Shown: one piece after another, positions 12,232 through 34,237 of the stretch
Position numbering within the stretch: the stretch's first letter is position 1
Layout of the letters: each line of letters starts with the position of its first letter
Origin: the human T2T-CHM13v2.0 reference genome, Homo sapiens
Direction: 5' to 3' (one strand)
DNA: 64,000 nt
Assembly (NCBI RefSeq): GCF_009914755.1
Contig: NC_060931.1
The notes under the pieces: generated by a model
The model's database searches: none
What the model was told of the DNA's origin: nothing
The model's input: the letters and a program-made list of their open reading frames with translations, nothing else
Translations under genes and position numbers: made by a program

Positions 12232-12913
12232 GAGTCCTGGGGACAGCAGCACCAATGGCTCTTCCCAAGTGGGCTGAGTGAGCTGGGAGGGCTCTTTTAA
12301 CTCTGCAAGCCTCGGGTCCGTCTTGAGGCTCATGGGAGATTCCGTACACCTCCTAGGCATCCCAAGAAGTGTTTTCCCCAGATATTTGTTTCTTCCTTAA
12401 CGCTAGATTTGCTGCCACCCTCTAATTAATGGGATCTATCTTTCAAGAAAATTTCTCTTCAGTCTTCTCTCTGGACTCCCCACTTCCTCTCTGGCAGTCC
12501 CAAGCCATTCTAAATTAGATTTTCATATTCCTTCCCCAGATGTTTAATTCTCCTAATGAGCATTTTCTAGCTCAGGCCTGCACTGCTGTAGCCTGTAGGG
12601 TCCCTGAGGGGTGCCCATGGGGAAGGCGGTGCTCTTCAGGGCTTGGAGTGGGTTTTAATATTTAAATCTTCACAGCAATGCCGACACTAGATGGCAGTGG
12701 TTCCTAATTATTGGGGGTTCCAGGCAGGCTTGCCTTCTTCCTGTGCTGCCCAGGGAGGTCAGACCTCCCTGAGATGGGAAGAAGTGGGTCATTCCCACCC
12801 CACCAACCCCCTCCTGCAGACCCAGACCCAGAAAGCTCAGCCCGGGTGAGGAAGAAAGGAAAGCCCCAAGAGGAAAGATGTGAAGCAATGAACTTGACAT
12901 GGGGCTGTTGATT

Positions 12914-13028
12914 TCCTCTCCAAGTGCCTCAGACAGATCCACCCCTGAGAGGCCCTTACAGAATGATCCTCTCCAAGTGCCTCAGACAGATCCACCCCTG
13001 AGAGGCCCTTACAGAATGATCCTCTCCA
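12914..13028. repeat. Perfect 53-bp tandem duplication
   Basis: Identical units at 12914 and 12967, third TCCTCTCCA at 13020. Confidence 0.95.
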
Positions 13029-13237
13029 GGGGAGGCTCAGAAGCTGTAGCCATTGCCTGGCAAGATTTTAGGAGCCTCCCCTGCCTCACCCCCACCCCTT
13101 ATCCCCCACAGGTAGGAAAGTCCTTGGGAAAGGCAACTCAGCAGTGTTCATCAAAAGCCCTCAAAATGTCATATGATCACTTTATATGTAGGAATTTGTT
13201 GTAAGATTAGAAGTGAATAAGTCAACAAGAATATATG

Positions 13238-13493
13238 TTTGGGAGGCCAAGGCAGGCAGATTGTTTGAGCTCAGGAGTTTGAGACCAGCCTGGACAACAT
13301 GGCAAAACCCAGTCTCTACAAAAAATACAAAAGTTAGCCAGGTATGGTGGTGCAAGCCTGTAGTCCTAACCACTTGGGGGCTGAGGTGGGAAAATCACTT
13401 GAGCCCAGAAAGTCGAGGCTGCAGTGAGCTGAGATCACACCACTGCACTCTAGCCTGGGTGACAGAGTGAGAACTTGTCTCAAAAAAAAAAAA
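13238..13493 (+). mobile_element. AluJ-like, 5'-truncated
   Basis: Dimeric Alu with AluJ-type TTGAGCTCAGGAG / TTGAGCCCAG / GAGGCTGCAG, poly(A). Confidence 0.9.
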
Positions 13494-14836
13494 GGGAACG
13501 AGAAAGAGAAAGAAAAAAGAAAACAGAATATTCATTGTACACTTATTTATAGTAGTGCGAATTTGGAAATTGCGTAAATTATACAACTGTTAAAAGAAAA
13601 ACTTCAGCCAATTAAAAGAGTTTATTTGAGAAATGAACCATTCACAAATTGGGCAGTCCCCAGAATCACAGCAGGCTCAGAGAGACTCCAGGGTTTCCTT
13701 GTGGTCAGAAAAAAATTATAGTCAAAAAAAGGGAAATGACATACAAAAATCAGCAGTGAGGTACAGAACAGCTGGATTGGTTACAGGTTGGTGTTTGCCT
13801 TATTTGAACACCGTTTGAACACTCAGCAGTGCATGAATGGTTGAAGAATGGCTGCTGGGATTGGCCAGGTCTCAGCTATTGTTACAGGCGCATATTCTTA
13901 TGTTCGGTTCTCAATCTTGTCTACCTATTAAGTTAGGTTACAGTTCATCCACAAGGACTCAAATATAGAAGTACGGAGTCCTTCTCAGGCCATATTTAAT
14001 TAACCTTAACTATTCTCCCCTTTTAGTCATTTTCTCAATTTTCAGAGATTGACCAAAATTTTAGTCATTGATGTCATTATCACCAAGGTAAATGTACTAT
14101 TCAGCCTTGAAGCCCACTGGGGAACAGTAGAACAGTGAGTTTTGCGAAGGTAGGAACAAGGACTGAGTAGAGGGTAGCTCCTTATGCTGGAACATCCTGT
14201 AGAGAGAGAAAAACAAAACCTGGTCTGTTCTAGGACCTAAGTGTTTCCTTAAAGACTTAGTTTGATTATGTCACATTTAGCATAAGCGACTCCATTTTTG
14301 TTTGGTTTGGTCTGTTGGAGCCTAGTGCATAAGCTCTAAAACAATGGCTTCTCATGATTTTGTTTAAAAATTTTACTTAGGTTCTCACTTAGGTGAGAGT
14401 GTGACTAAAACTTGGGCCTTAGTGCCACTCTGTTACCATCATTTTGGGTTTCTCGCCTCAGCACGTCATTCATAGGTTATGGTGTCCCCATGGTTGCAGA
14501 TTCCTTTCAGTTCTTGTCATTCCAGTTGAAGACAGACCATTTGACATTCTAGAGATGGCTGCATGTAAACATTTAAAACCTTTGAGGGAATGAAGAGCAC
14601 CAGGAAGATTACTATTATGGCTATCTGGAGGATAATACTGAGAGTTTGGAGTATGCTCCTTACCCAGGGTCCCCATAAACCAAACCACCTAAAATTAAAT
14701 AGATCAAAGAATGAGCTAGATAAAGAGTCTACTCGCTTAACTAAGCAGTCTTTTCATTCAACCCCTACAACTGAATCTCTGTAATACCCCATGTTTTCTC
14801 CATAGGCCATAAGCGCCAGCAGCTTCACAGATACTG

Positions 14837-15091
14837 CTATTTAGCCAGTAAGTAATCTAGAGCAATTCTATTGTTTAGCATAACTTTCATAAAAGAATTT
14901 AAAATCTGTTGTGTAACCATAGCCTTTACAGTAGAATTTTCTATAGAGCTTATTATGAGGGATACATTTCTAATCATTGCCTCTTTTACTCTAAACCATG
15001 AAAAAGGACATAACAAATGATGCCCTTCTAGAAGAGTGAGGCCTCCTAGCAATGTTCTCCTTAACTCATTATATGGGTTAAGAGGAGTCAA
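14837..15091 (-). pseudogene. env: ERV env transmembrane-subunit remnant
   Basis: ...VMLNNRIALDYLLAK* matches the gamma-type env immunosuppressive domain; stop immediately after. Confidence 0.85.
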
Positions 15092-15918
15092 TCAATGTTT
15101 TGTTTCTGATTGATTATGTGGCAACATATGTACCATTAAAGTTTCTCACCTACATTGGGCCTTCATCTTTTATCTATCAAAGTATAAGGTTATCCATGAA
15201 TAAGGCTGGCTGCAAAATCCTTCACAAATAAAAGTATATTCTGTAAGTGCAAATAACAGACCCCCTTTTCACTTCTATTGTTCATAGAGGTATAAGCAAG
15301 GAAAAAAAATATTTGAAGATAAGAGTCTTGATCCGTGATCTTGGGAAAAGCTGTTCACATCAAGGATGGCATCTTCGTCTGGGGAGAAACTTCCCTGGTT
15401 AGCTTTACCTTAAGGGTTCTAATGGGTGTACAGTTCCAACAGTGTGGAGAAAGCCTTCTCAGTTGTGAGATTACGAACCCAAGTTTCAAGGACCCAAAGT
15501 TTTGTTGCAGTGTGGATGGCAAGGGCAGTCTTTCTCTGATGTTCCCAGAAGATCCAATCATCAGGTTCTAGACTGTGAATGGGTTGCTTGTCCTCAGTGA
15601 ACCATAAAAAGCTTTCTTTACCTTGTGAAAATACACTGTGCCATAATAAGCTACTGTTGTAACATCAGCCCTCTTGCATGGGAACATATTTATAAAACCA
15701 GAAAACATGCATTGAAAATGACAAGTGAATGAAATCCCTTTATAAATGTTTAAATGGCCCATCAAGTAGTCAAATGTACCTAAAGTTTTGATTGTCTTCC
15801 CAGGAATATGGTTTTTATATTTGTCAAAATAAACATTTTGACAATGTTTAGTGACAACTAAACATTGGTCATAAACTATTTTAGCAATTTAGAAGTCATC
15901 ACACCAATATATGGTTAA

Positions 15919-16365
<447 letters not shown>

Positions 16366-17398
16366 TAGTTTATTTAACAGGCAAACAAAAATCTGTCATT
16401 ATCCTTTAATATTACATGAAAATCTCATTCAAGAGAGAAAGCCAAATTTTACCCTTGCATTAGTTTACTATTAATGTCAACCCCAATTTTTAATAAAACC
16501 TTATAGACAAATCTATCAATCTTAATCAGTTTGACCATAAGGTGAGATTCTCATACACCTTTTATAACCCTTAACAATTTTTGTTAAAGAATGAGCAGTG
16601 CTGTAAGAAAAACCTGTTGTGCTTTTATTCCAATGTTCAACTTACAGAAAACCTTAATAATTCCCCTGGAACTTTAGCCAATGTCCACACAGAATTTCTT
16701 TTCACAAAATTAATTTTTCACAAACCGTCCACAACTTGTTCAAATCTTTGGCTTTATCTTACATAATTTAAAACAATCCTTAACCCTCTAAACTAAGCAA
16801 AAATTTACATTCCCATGCCTTCTTACCGTCTTTTACTTAAAACACATTTTACTTTTCTAACACACCTTGCATGTAAAACTATTTTTGTAGTAGTCTCAAT
16901 TACATGTGATAATCGTAACTCTTGGCAATTTTTAATTTTGGTGAAAAACCTAGTAAGTTATTTTAATTATGTACTTAGGTATGGAGTGTAGGTATGGTTA
17001 TTTTAATTATGTACCTAAGTATGGAGCCTAGGGTACTACACAGAAGTGCAGATAAGACTCTTTCCAGCATAGCTAGGGATGTGGCTAACTCCACATGTCC
17101 CCAGGCCTTACCCAGCTGTAAAGTAGGCAAGTTGAACAATTTTTATAACTTAAAGCAATTTATAACCTTAAAGCATTTAGTAAACATAATATCTGACCTG
17201 CCTAATTTAGATGAAATGTCTTTATTTTACCAATAATCTTTAAAGCTGTTTTTATTTCCCAAAGATTACTAAAGTTATATGAACTAAGAGACATTACAGT
17301 TTTTATTCTTCTTTCAAAATATTTAAGTGCTTATTTTTCTTTAAACCAATTAATTAGAGCTCCTTTATATAAACGTCACACACACAACACATATATAA

Positions 17399-17741
<343 letters not shown>

Positions 17742-17926
17742 TCCCAGATTAGAAATTTGCTCAAAGAAACTCAGAGAGTTCAAAGCACAAATCCATGGAG
17801 CTCCGAAATCCAAGAGAGAATTACTCACAATTACCAGCCACTCCGAGAGATCAGTGGACACAAGTGGGACTGGCAGGCACCTTGCTTGTTCACTCAGCAC
17901 TCCTGGGGTCATCAAAGCTCTACCTT

Positions 17927-17944
17927 ACCCCACTTCTGACACCA
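17927..17944 (-). promoter_or_regulatory. Primer-binding site, tRNA-Leu type
   Basis: rc TGGTGTCAGAAGTGGGGT, 2 bp from 5'LTR; complementary to the tRNA-Leu(CAA) 3' end. Confidence 0.8.
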
Positions 17945-19024
17945 TCTGTTAAAAGAACTTCTGCCACATTAAATTTAAAGGAGTTTAATTGAGAAATGAA
18001 TCATTTGCGAATTGGGCAGCCCCCAAAATCACAGCAGATTCAAGAGACTCCAGGGATGCCTGGTGGTCAGAACAAATTTATAGACAAAAAAAAGGGAAGT
18101 GGTGTACAGAAATTGGAGGTGAGGTACAGAACAGCCAGATTGGCTACAGGTTGGCATTTGCCTTATTTGAACACAGTTTGAACACTCAGCAGCGTATGAG
18201 TGGTTGAAGTATGGCTGCTGGGATTGGCCAAGACTCAGCAATTGTTATAGCCGCATACTCCTAGGTTAGGTTTTCAATCTTGTCTACCTATTAAGTTAGG
18301 TTATAGTTTGTCAACAAGGACTTAAATATAGAAGTATGAAGTCCTTCTCAGGCCATATTTAATTCACTTTAACACAATAAAATACTATACAGACATTAAA
18401 ACTTATCTAGAGGAAGAATATGTGTTTACATGGTAAGGTATCCAATGTATATATACGGTTAAGTCAAAAACCAGCTCCAAAGAGTGTGTATCATACAATC
18501 ATACTGTGCATAATTTAAAGGAAACAGAATGAGGCAGGGAAGGACAGAAAGAATCAGATGAAGGGATGAAGGAAGGACTGTTAACAGTGATTTGTTCTAG
18601 TTTGTGGGATTATGAGTAATCTTTGATTTTTATCATTTATATATATAATAAGATTAAGAAGTCTTATCTTTGTTCATAATAACGAAAAAGATCATCTAAC
18701 CAAATTAGTATAAAATAATTTTGTGCGTTGGATATATATTAAAGGAAGTAAGCCAAAAATTTAGCTTAGAAATTTAAATTTCCTATAAAGAGAGGAGGTG
18801 TTTCGAGGAAGTAGAGTTTGCCTTTCTGATATCCACAAATCTCTGTGTTTCTTAATTTGAAATCTTAAGTTATTAGTTCTCTTAAATGTAAGAGAACTTA
18901 CATTTTATCTATAACACTGACCTACAAGTTCTAAATATCCAGTTTAGGAATTCTTCTACTTTAGATATTCAATTTACCACCTTTTAAAATTGTTAGCAAA
19001 ACTACTCACAAAAACTCTTGCACA

Positions 19025-19329
<305 letters not shown>

Positions 19330-19795
19330 CTAGCACAAAGATTCCACCCACAACCCCCAGGAAGCAATAGAGAAGCTGGGAAACAACTGGAGATGGCTAA
19401 GGAGTGACAGATCTTTCCTAGGAGACTAGAGAGCAAACGGTTGGCTGAGAGGCTCTCTGGCTTTGGTGTGCAGCTGCTGCCTTGGCAGACACTTGTTTGA
19501 GGTCTTCTCTTTCCTCCCACAGTTCCTGCAAACCACTCCACTCCACCTTAACTCTGGAAGAGTGGGGCATCTTCTCAGGTGATGCCTTGGGCCCCCGAAA
19601 AGTTTTCTCTAGTTCCTCCTAGAGATGGCACTCATTAATAAGTCCATTGTGATTTCAGAGTCCTAATAGATTAAAAAAAAAAAAACAACCTTCCTGAATG
19701 TTAACTGTTAAGCTAGTTCAGTTAAGTTAGTGATTGAAATTTAAACACGCTATTGTATGGCAGAAGTAGCAGCAGCAAATCAAGCCTTCTCTTCA

Positions 19796-20096
<301 letters not shown>

Positions 20097-20643
20097 GTCA
20101 TCTCTTGTGTCAATGGGGAACAGAAAAATTCTGAGCACCTAAGTGGAGGAGGGTGAGCAGGAGAAGAATATAACAGGGCAGGAGAAAGCTGTAGAAAAGC
20201 AGTGCTGAGAATACCAGAAGCAAACTTCTATGTCAGTCCTGCCTGGAACTCCAGCCAACTTCCATTGTGTGCAGAGGTATTTTTTCAAGGAAACTAAAAA
20301 CTTGGGACATCAATTCACTATACCAAAAGAAAACCTGTCGACCCTGCTGTGTCAAACTAAATGACAGGTTCTTGTAGTGTGTGACTTATGACGCTGTGTG
20401 CTTGTTATCTTACTGTAGCCAACTTTGTCATAGAGGAGCATTCAAACAGCTCCTTGGTTGCATTATCATTAAACTACCAACAGGCAGAAGACTAGTTTCC
20501 AACAGAAGGATAAATTTCATTTTATAGCTCGGTAAAAGCTTTTATAAAAATAATCATTAAGTTATTGTAACAAGAAAATAGTAAAGATATCAAGAAATTT
20601 TGTTTTCTAATATCAGTTGTGCCCTGAGTAAAGTATTTAGGGT

Positions 20644-21018
20644 TTTTAAATCAAGTTTAGCCTAAAGCTGCCTCCTTACGTATTTTAAGTTCAGCCTAAA
20701 GGTTTTTCTGTACATAATGAACTATAACAAGCGGAGGTGTCATGAGACACCTCCTTGTGCCAATCACGGAGTTTTGGCCAATCAAATGTAGCCAGCTGTT
20801 CAAACCATGTTCAAGTAAGGCAAATGACAAGCTGTTTATGTACCTCACTTCCATTTTCTGTACATCACTTTCCTTTTTCTGTCATAAATCTTCTTCCACC
20901 ACATGGCTGTGCCAAAGTCTGAGCCTATTCTGGCTCAGGAGGCTGCCCCATTTGTGAATCATTCATTGCTCAATTAAACTCCTTTAAATTTAATTTGGCT
21001 GAAGATTTTCTTCTATCA
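20644..21018 (+). mobile_element. MER57-family solo LTR
   Basis: AAGTTTAGCCTAAAGCTGCCTCC start, 3' half homologous to the 13588/17947 LTRs; perfect TSD GGGT. Confidence 0.85.
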
Positions 21019-21578
21019 GGGTCTTGATCGTGTGTTTTAATGTATATAGACAGAAGTTACAGAGAATACACAGTGCATAGAATTTCAGTTGTACCTTAGA
21101 AACTCTGAGTGTGAAGTAGTTAAAATACAAAACCCCAATCTGCTCACATATTTACTGAGCAGACACTGACAGACAGTGCCACCTTCTATAATTGTACAAT
21201 TACATGCAGTAACTAACCAGAATGAAAATAGAGCTTGGGAAATGGAGCAGATGGCCACATCATCGCTTACAAGATGCACTTGAAGTGGAGATTATGATCC
21301 AGCATCTCACCATTTTCAGGGGAAGCTATTTGAATGGCAGATGCCTCCCAGAGGTCCTGCTATGTCCTCCCACCTGGGGTGAAGCATCCCTGTGAAGTCT
21401 ACCACGCTCCCACAGAGCTCATGCCACCACCTTCAGCAGGATGCACTGAAAATTGTTTTATAGCTGCTAACTTAAAACAACTGAAGACAGATATTGAGGC
21501 TTTTCTACAGTTTATATATTTATTTTCTCAAGTCCAAGGAAAGAATTGGTTCTGCATGAACCAGAATACGTTGAGGAT

Positions 21579-22042
21579 TGTGAAAGGAAACTAAAAACTT
21601 GGGACCTCAATTCACTATACCAAAAGAAAAAAAATTCAACTGAAAGCTGAGTCTTGCAAGAAGCTGCCTTTCCTCCTGTTCCTAGCAGAAAGCTACAGAT
21701 TAAAGGTTAAATATCTCCACGAGTAGCTACTGTATGTTCACATTATCTTATGTAAAGAGCTGATTTACTGAGCATAAGAGGAATACGTGATTGACTATTC
21801 CCTACCTGCTCATTTCCTCTTACAAATATGCATTCAATAATGTGACCATCCCCTCTCCCTCTCCCCTCCAGCCCACTTTTTCTCTGTAAATACTGAAGCC
21901 CTCAGAATCATCTTTGAAGAAAGGCACAGAGCATAGACTGTTTCTGTGATTTCATGTGTATTTCTTCTGGGCATGTCCTTAACTTTGTCAAAATAAACTT
22001 CTAAATTGATTAAGACCTGTCTCAGATACTTTTTGGTTTACA
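21579..22042 (+). mobile_element. MER4C-like solo LTR
   Basis: TGTGAAAGGAAA...AATAAACTTCTAAATTG...TTTTTGGTTTACA; TSD GGAT/GAAT. Confidence 0.8.
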
Positions 22043-22237
22043 GAATCAGTATGAAACACAGAAGATTACCAGTAAACAACACCAGACAAGCAAAATCTAC
22101 CCCAAGACTAAGGCATTGCTAAAAACTACCCCAAGAGTAAGGCATTGCTAAATTGTAAAGTAATTCTGCTTGAGTTTACCAACTCCAAAAATCAGGGATT
22201 GGTGTAATCACTCAAGTTTCATTTGCATGAAACTTGA

Positions 22238-27826
<5,589 letters not shown>

Positions 27827-27972
27827 ACTAATTAGAGCCCTTTTATATATTTTTAATAGTGAAACATTGTGTATGCAACACATAAATACATAGACATATT
27901 GAGCCAGGAGAATAGGGTAGGAGACAGGGAACGTAAGGCCCATTTGTGCTGACTTCCTAAAAGAAAAAACAC

Positions 27973-28268
<296 letters not shown>

Positions 28269-28271
28269 GAA

Positions 28272-28571
28272 GGCCAGGCGCGGTGGCTCACGCCTGTAAT
28301 CCCAGCACTTTGGGAGGCCGAGGTGGGCGGATCACAAGGTCAGGAGATCGAGACCATCCTGGCTAACATGGTGAAACCCCGTCTCTACTAAAAATACAAA
28401 AAATTAGCTGGGCGTGGTGGTGGGTGCCTGTAGTCCTAGCTACTCAGGAGGCTGAGGCAGGAGAATGGCGTGAACCCGGGAGGCAGAGCTTGCAGTGAGC
28501 CGAGATCACGCCACTGCGCTCCAGCCTGGGCAGCAGAGGAGACTCCGTCTCAAAAAAAAAAAAAAAAAAAA
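28272..28571 (+). mobile_element. AluY in the tail of the previous Alu
   Basis: GAGATCGAGACCATCCTGGCTAAC, GAATGGCGTGAACC, GAGCTTGCAG diagnostics. Confidence 0.95.
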
Positions 28572-28958
28572 GGAAAAAGGAAAAAAAAGACAAAACACCA
28601 AGGCCTGGGGGGCAGGGAATCTAAGGCCCATTCAAGCTGACTTCCCAAAGCTGGATAAAAGGAAAACACCTGGGTCTGTGGGCAGGTAACCTAAGGCCAA
28701 CTAACACAAACTTCCTACAGCTAAATCAAAAGAGAAAAACCCTGTCTCCCCACCCCAGGTAACAAAGGATCAAAGGCTACTCTTGCTACAGCCCTCCCAC
28801 TTCCGCCACGTCTCAGGGGGAAAAGGAGAGTGCCTTGGGTTGGCTATGGGCCAAGCAGGGGACCTTCCCTTCATCTGCACAGGGCGCCAATTCACCTCAG
28901 CCTTAAATTAGCCATAGACCAAATCCAGATAAGCGGTAGCCAATAAGAACCTCAAATG

Positions 28959-29258
<300 letters not shown>

Positions 29259-29895
29259 TCAAATGGGGTACTTAAAGCCCAAAACAATTTGTAACTGGGT
29301 CCTTGAGCTTGTTGCTGGGGCCCACTCTCACCCTGTGGAGTGCTTTCTCGCTTTAATAAATTCCTGCTTTCACTGCTGTGTTCCTGCATTTCATTCCTCT
29401 GCTACTTTATTTGTGAGTTTTGTTCAATTCTTTGTTCAAAATGCCAAGAACCTGGACAACTTGTAGTCAAGACCCTCCACCGGTAACAGTATTAGGCATA
29501 ACAGTAGAAGTACATCTTATCGATTCATAAGACCTTCTCTTTTTTTTTTTTTTCCTATCTTAGACTTGCAAACTCTTGATAACCTGTTTCATTACTCTGG
29601 CAGTTGTCAGTTAAATAGCCCTAAGTCTGCATATTGAAGGAAATAATTCTTAGGTGAAAAATCAGCAAAATTTACATCTCAAGGTACAGAGAGAAAAAGT
29701 CTGGTGGTGCTAGAGGGAGATTAAAGATGTATGCCAAATCAAACATAAAATTATAGAAATCTATCATAGGATTGTCTAAGGAGACCAATTTATTTAGATA
29801 GAGACTACCTATATTTTAACTGGATCTCTGAGCTCTGGGCAGAGCCATCACTGGAATCCTGGGTCTCCAAAAAGGGAGAATTATTATGAGGCTAG

Positions 29896-30247
<352 letters not shown>

Positions 30248-30687
30248 TACAGTGCACTTAAAAATGTTTTTAAACAAAAACATTTATAAGTGTCTAAACT
30301 ACACTCTTCCTTAAAAACACACAAGAGTAGTCTCTGTTCCAATAGCTATTTTAGTAAAAAAATCAGGTAACACAATACAAAAGCAAGCAGTTTAAGAGCT
30401 GAGATGAACTTGTCTGTTTACACTCTTGGGGTTCCATAAGGAAAAACAGAGGTTTCTCCCCAAAAGGGAGTCTGGCACCTTTTCTGTTTTCTTTAAGGAA
30501 TCCCAATCTAATCTACTAAAACTATTTTAGGTCTCTCATGCAGCAGAGGGTGCAAGAGAAAGGGGAGACAGCAGAAGTAAATGAAGAAAACAGAATTCAT
30601 TCAACTAGAAGAAAAAACTTTTGCTGAAAAAAAACAAGGTCCTAGGAGAAAAAAAACAAAAACAAAAACATGAAGGCCTTTTAAGTA

Positions 30688-30689
<2 letters not shown>

Positions 30690-30727
<38 letters not shown>
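30690..30727. repeat. (CA)n microsatellite
   Basis: About 18 uninterrupted AC units. Confidence 0.95.
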
Positions 30728-30730
<3 letters not shown>

Positions 30731-31744
30731 GAATCTTGGATGTTAGCTTTTAATTAAGCTGACCTTTAGTCCAGTTGAGCTCCTTTAAAAAAATCTTTTA
30801 AAATCTCATTACCATATTTCCGCTAGGACAAATTCCTGCTATTTCAGAAGTACCAAGTATCAAATGAGAAAGGGCTTGATTTGGGAACCAAATCCAGGCT
30901 CTTGTGGTGAAAAGAGAAGGCAGAACTTTAGCTATGGAACTGCAGCGCGGGGCGACAGCCATTGCTCTTTCCGTTTGGCCTGGCTAGCAAAAAGGTGGCC
31001 TCGTTATGTTAATAAAGACCCTTAAGTACTCAAAATAAAAAATCTTTCCTTTTTGTTTCCCTTTTGCTGGCCATTTTTCTCCCCCCACCTCACCACCTTT
31101 TTGTGTGTGTGTATGGGAATTTAGCCACTTGGGAGTCCTCGTTCCCATAATTTGGAACTTCCCTTCAGATTTGATCAAGTCAAATAGAGTTGGTCAAACC
31201 CAATGGAAGAAAGACTGAAACAACAAGAACAACAGAAACAATCAACCAACCAAAAAAAAAAAAAAAAACCAGTTAAGCAAAACAAATGATCCCACAACTT
31301 ATACTATTACTGAGCACTGTAACACTAAGGAGAAATTAAATTTTAGCCAAGACAAACCCCAATTCAGTTACTTACCTAGGGATGGGTCTCAGGCCGAAGA
31401 CTGCTCTCTCCTATCCTAGATGCAGGAGAAAACTTAAACTTGTCTTCCCTGTTGGAAGAGAGCTCAAACTCCATAAAGGAGTCCAGAAGGAGCTTTCCTT
31501 CAACATCAAAGCAGGAAAACTTGCCTTCCTTGTGTTAGAAGCAAGTAAAACTCAGAGAAGAGGAAGTTGTACAGCAAAATAAACTTTAGATCTTGACCAA
31601 ATTTTGGGAGATCAGGAATTCTCTGGAGGGGTTACTTCCAGGCCTCAGCAAATTGTCCTACTCATTCGAACCATAAAGATAACTCAAATTGGTACCAAGA
31701 ACCGATGGGAGATTTGTCAAAGGTCAGGGGCACCTCCACTCAGA

Positions 31745-31762
31745 ATCCCTCAGTGGTTACCA
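31745..31762 (-). promoter_or_regulatory. Primer-binding site, tRNA-Arg-like
   Basis: rc TGGTAACCACTGAGGGAT 3 bp from LTR; resembles complement of the tRNA-Arg(TCG) 3' end (from memory). Confidence 0.6.
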
Positions 31763-31765
31763 AAA

Positions 31766-32216
31766 TGTGAACCCCAAATATCTGAGACAGATCTCAGTTA
31801 ATTTAGAGAGTTTATTTTGCCAAGGTTGAGGATGCGCACCTGTGACACAGCCTCAGGAGGTCTTGACAACATGTGTCCAAGGTGGTTGGGGTACAGCTTG
31901 GTTTTATACATTTTAGGGAGACATGAGACATCAATCAATATATGTAAGAAGTTGATTGCTTCCATCTGGAAAGGAAGGACAACTGGAAGCATGGAAGAGG
32001 CTTCCAGGTTACACGTAGGTGAGAGACAAAGGGTAGCATTCTTTTGAGTTTCTGATTAGCCTCTCAAAAGGAAGCAATCAAATATGCATTTACTCAATGA
32101 GCAGAGGGTTGACTTTGAATAGAATGAGAGGCAGGTTTGCCCTAAGAAGTTCCCAGCTTGACTTTTCCCTTTAGCTTAGTGATTTTTGGAGTCCCAAGAC
32201 TTATTTTCCTTTCACA
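31766..32216 (-). mobile_element. MER4A-type 5' LTR
   Basis: TGTGAACCCC...TTTTCCTTTCACA termini; homologous to 1-332. Confidence 0.85.
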
Positions 32217-32483
32217 CTGTAAATGAGCCAAATGTACAATTAAAAGGCAAAGGTTTTCAGATTGGATGTTTAAAAAGGCAGACACAACTTGCGTGCAGCC
32301 TATAAAAAACCTATGCTAAATATAAAGACACAGAGAAAAAGGACGGAAATAGATACAGTAACAGTAATCAAATGAAAGCTGTAGAGGCTCTGTCATTTTA
32401 AAAATATTATCTGAGAACTTTCAGGGGAAATATAATGTGAAGAACAAAGAGAGTGACTTCATAATGACAAAAGTGTGAATTCA

Positions 32484-32803
<320 letters not shown>

Positions 32804-33446
32804 CCTAACAAGGGGACATAACAATCTTAATGTTTATGTTCCTAATTACAGAGTTTCAAATTACATGAAGCAAAAACTGATAACACAGAAAGAATAGGCA
32901 AATCAGTAATTATAGTCAGAGATGTCAACACCATTCTCTCAGTAATCAAAAGGACAAATAGATAGTAATCAATAGGAATGCAAAAAACTTGAACAGCATT
33001 TTTATCCAATCTGACCTAATTGACATTTATAGACCTCTCCATGCAACAACAGCAAAATATACACTCTTTTGAAGTATACCCAGAATAAATCATATTCTGG
33101 GTCGTAAAGCAAGTACTGGTAAATTTTTATAAACCCAAATTCTACCAAATATGTCATTCAACTACAATGGAATTAAACTAGAAATCAACAATATAATAAA
33201 GATTAAAACATACATACAAAGAAACAAAAGAAGATTTTTGAAGGTGATGAATATGTTTGGTACCTTGAGCATGGTGATGGTATTATGGGTTTGAACACAT
33301 ATGTTCAAACTCATCAAAATGTTTACATTAAATACGTGCAATTCTTTATATATCTAAACATACTCAATAAAGCTTAAAAATAATAAAATCTCAAATAATG
33401 AAAGTTATCTGGATAATCTCCAAATCTCCAAAGTGCTGGGAAGTGA

Positions 33447-33782
<336 letters not shown>

Positions 33783-34237
33783 AAATAGCCTATGTCTAAA
33801 TAACACATACGATTAAAGAAGAAATCAAAAGAGAAATTAGAAATCATTCTAAACTAAATGAAAATTTAAAGAAAACACACAAAAATTGTGGGATGCTGTT
33901 AAAGTAGCATTGCCCTCTAGGGCAAATTCATAACATTAAACACCTATGTTAGAGGAAATCATGGGTCCAACTCGCTTTAAGATCCTAGGGAAAAAAGAGC
34001 AAGTTAAACCCAAACTAAGGAGAATAAAGAAAATAATAAAAATTAGAGTGGAAATCAATGGAATAGAAAAAAATATAGTTGATGAGATCAAAAACATTTT
34101 TTAAAGAACATGAATAAAATCAATAAACCTCTAACCAGACTGATCAGGAGAAAGCAGAGAAGACATAAGTTACCAATATTAGGAATAAGCGATGTATCAT
34201 CATTACAAATTCAGAGATTAAAAGAAAGTATCATGAG

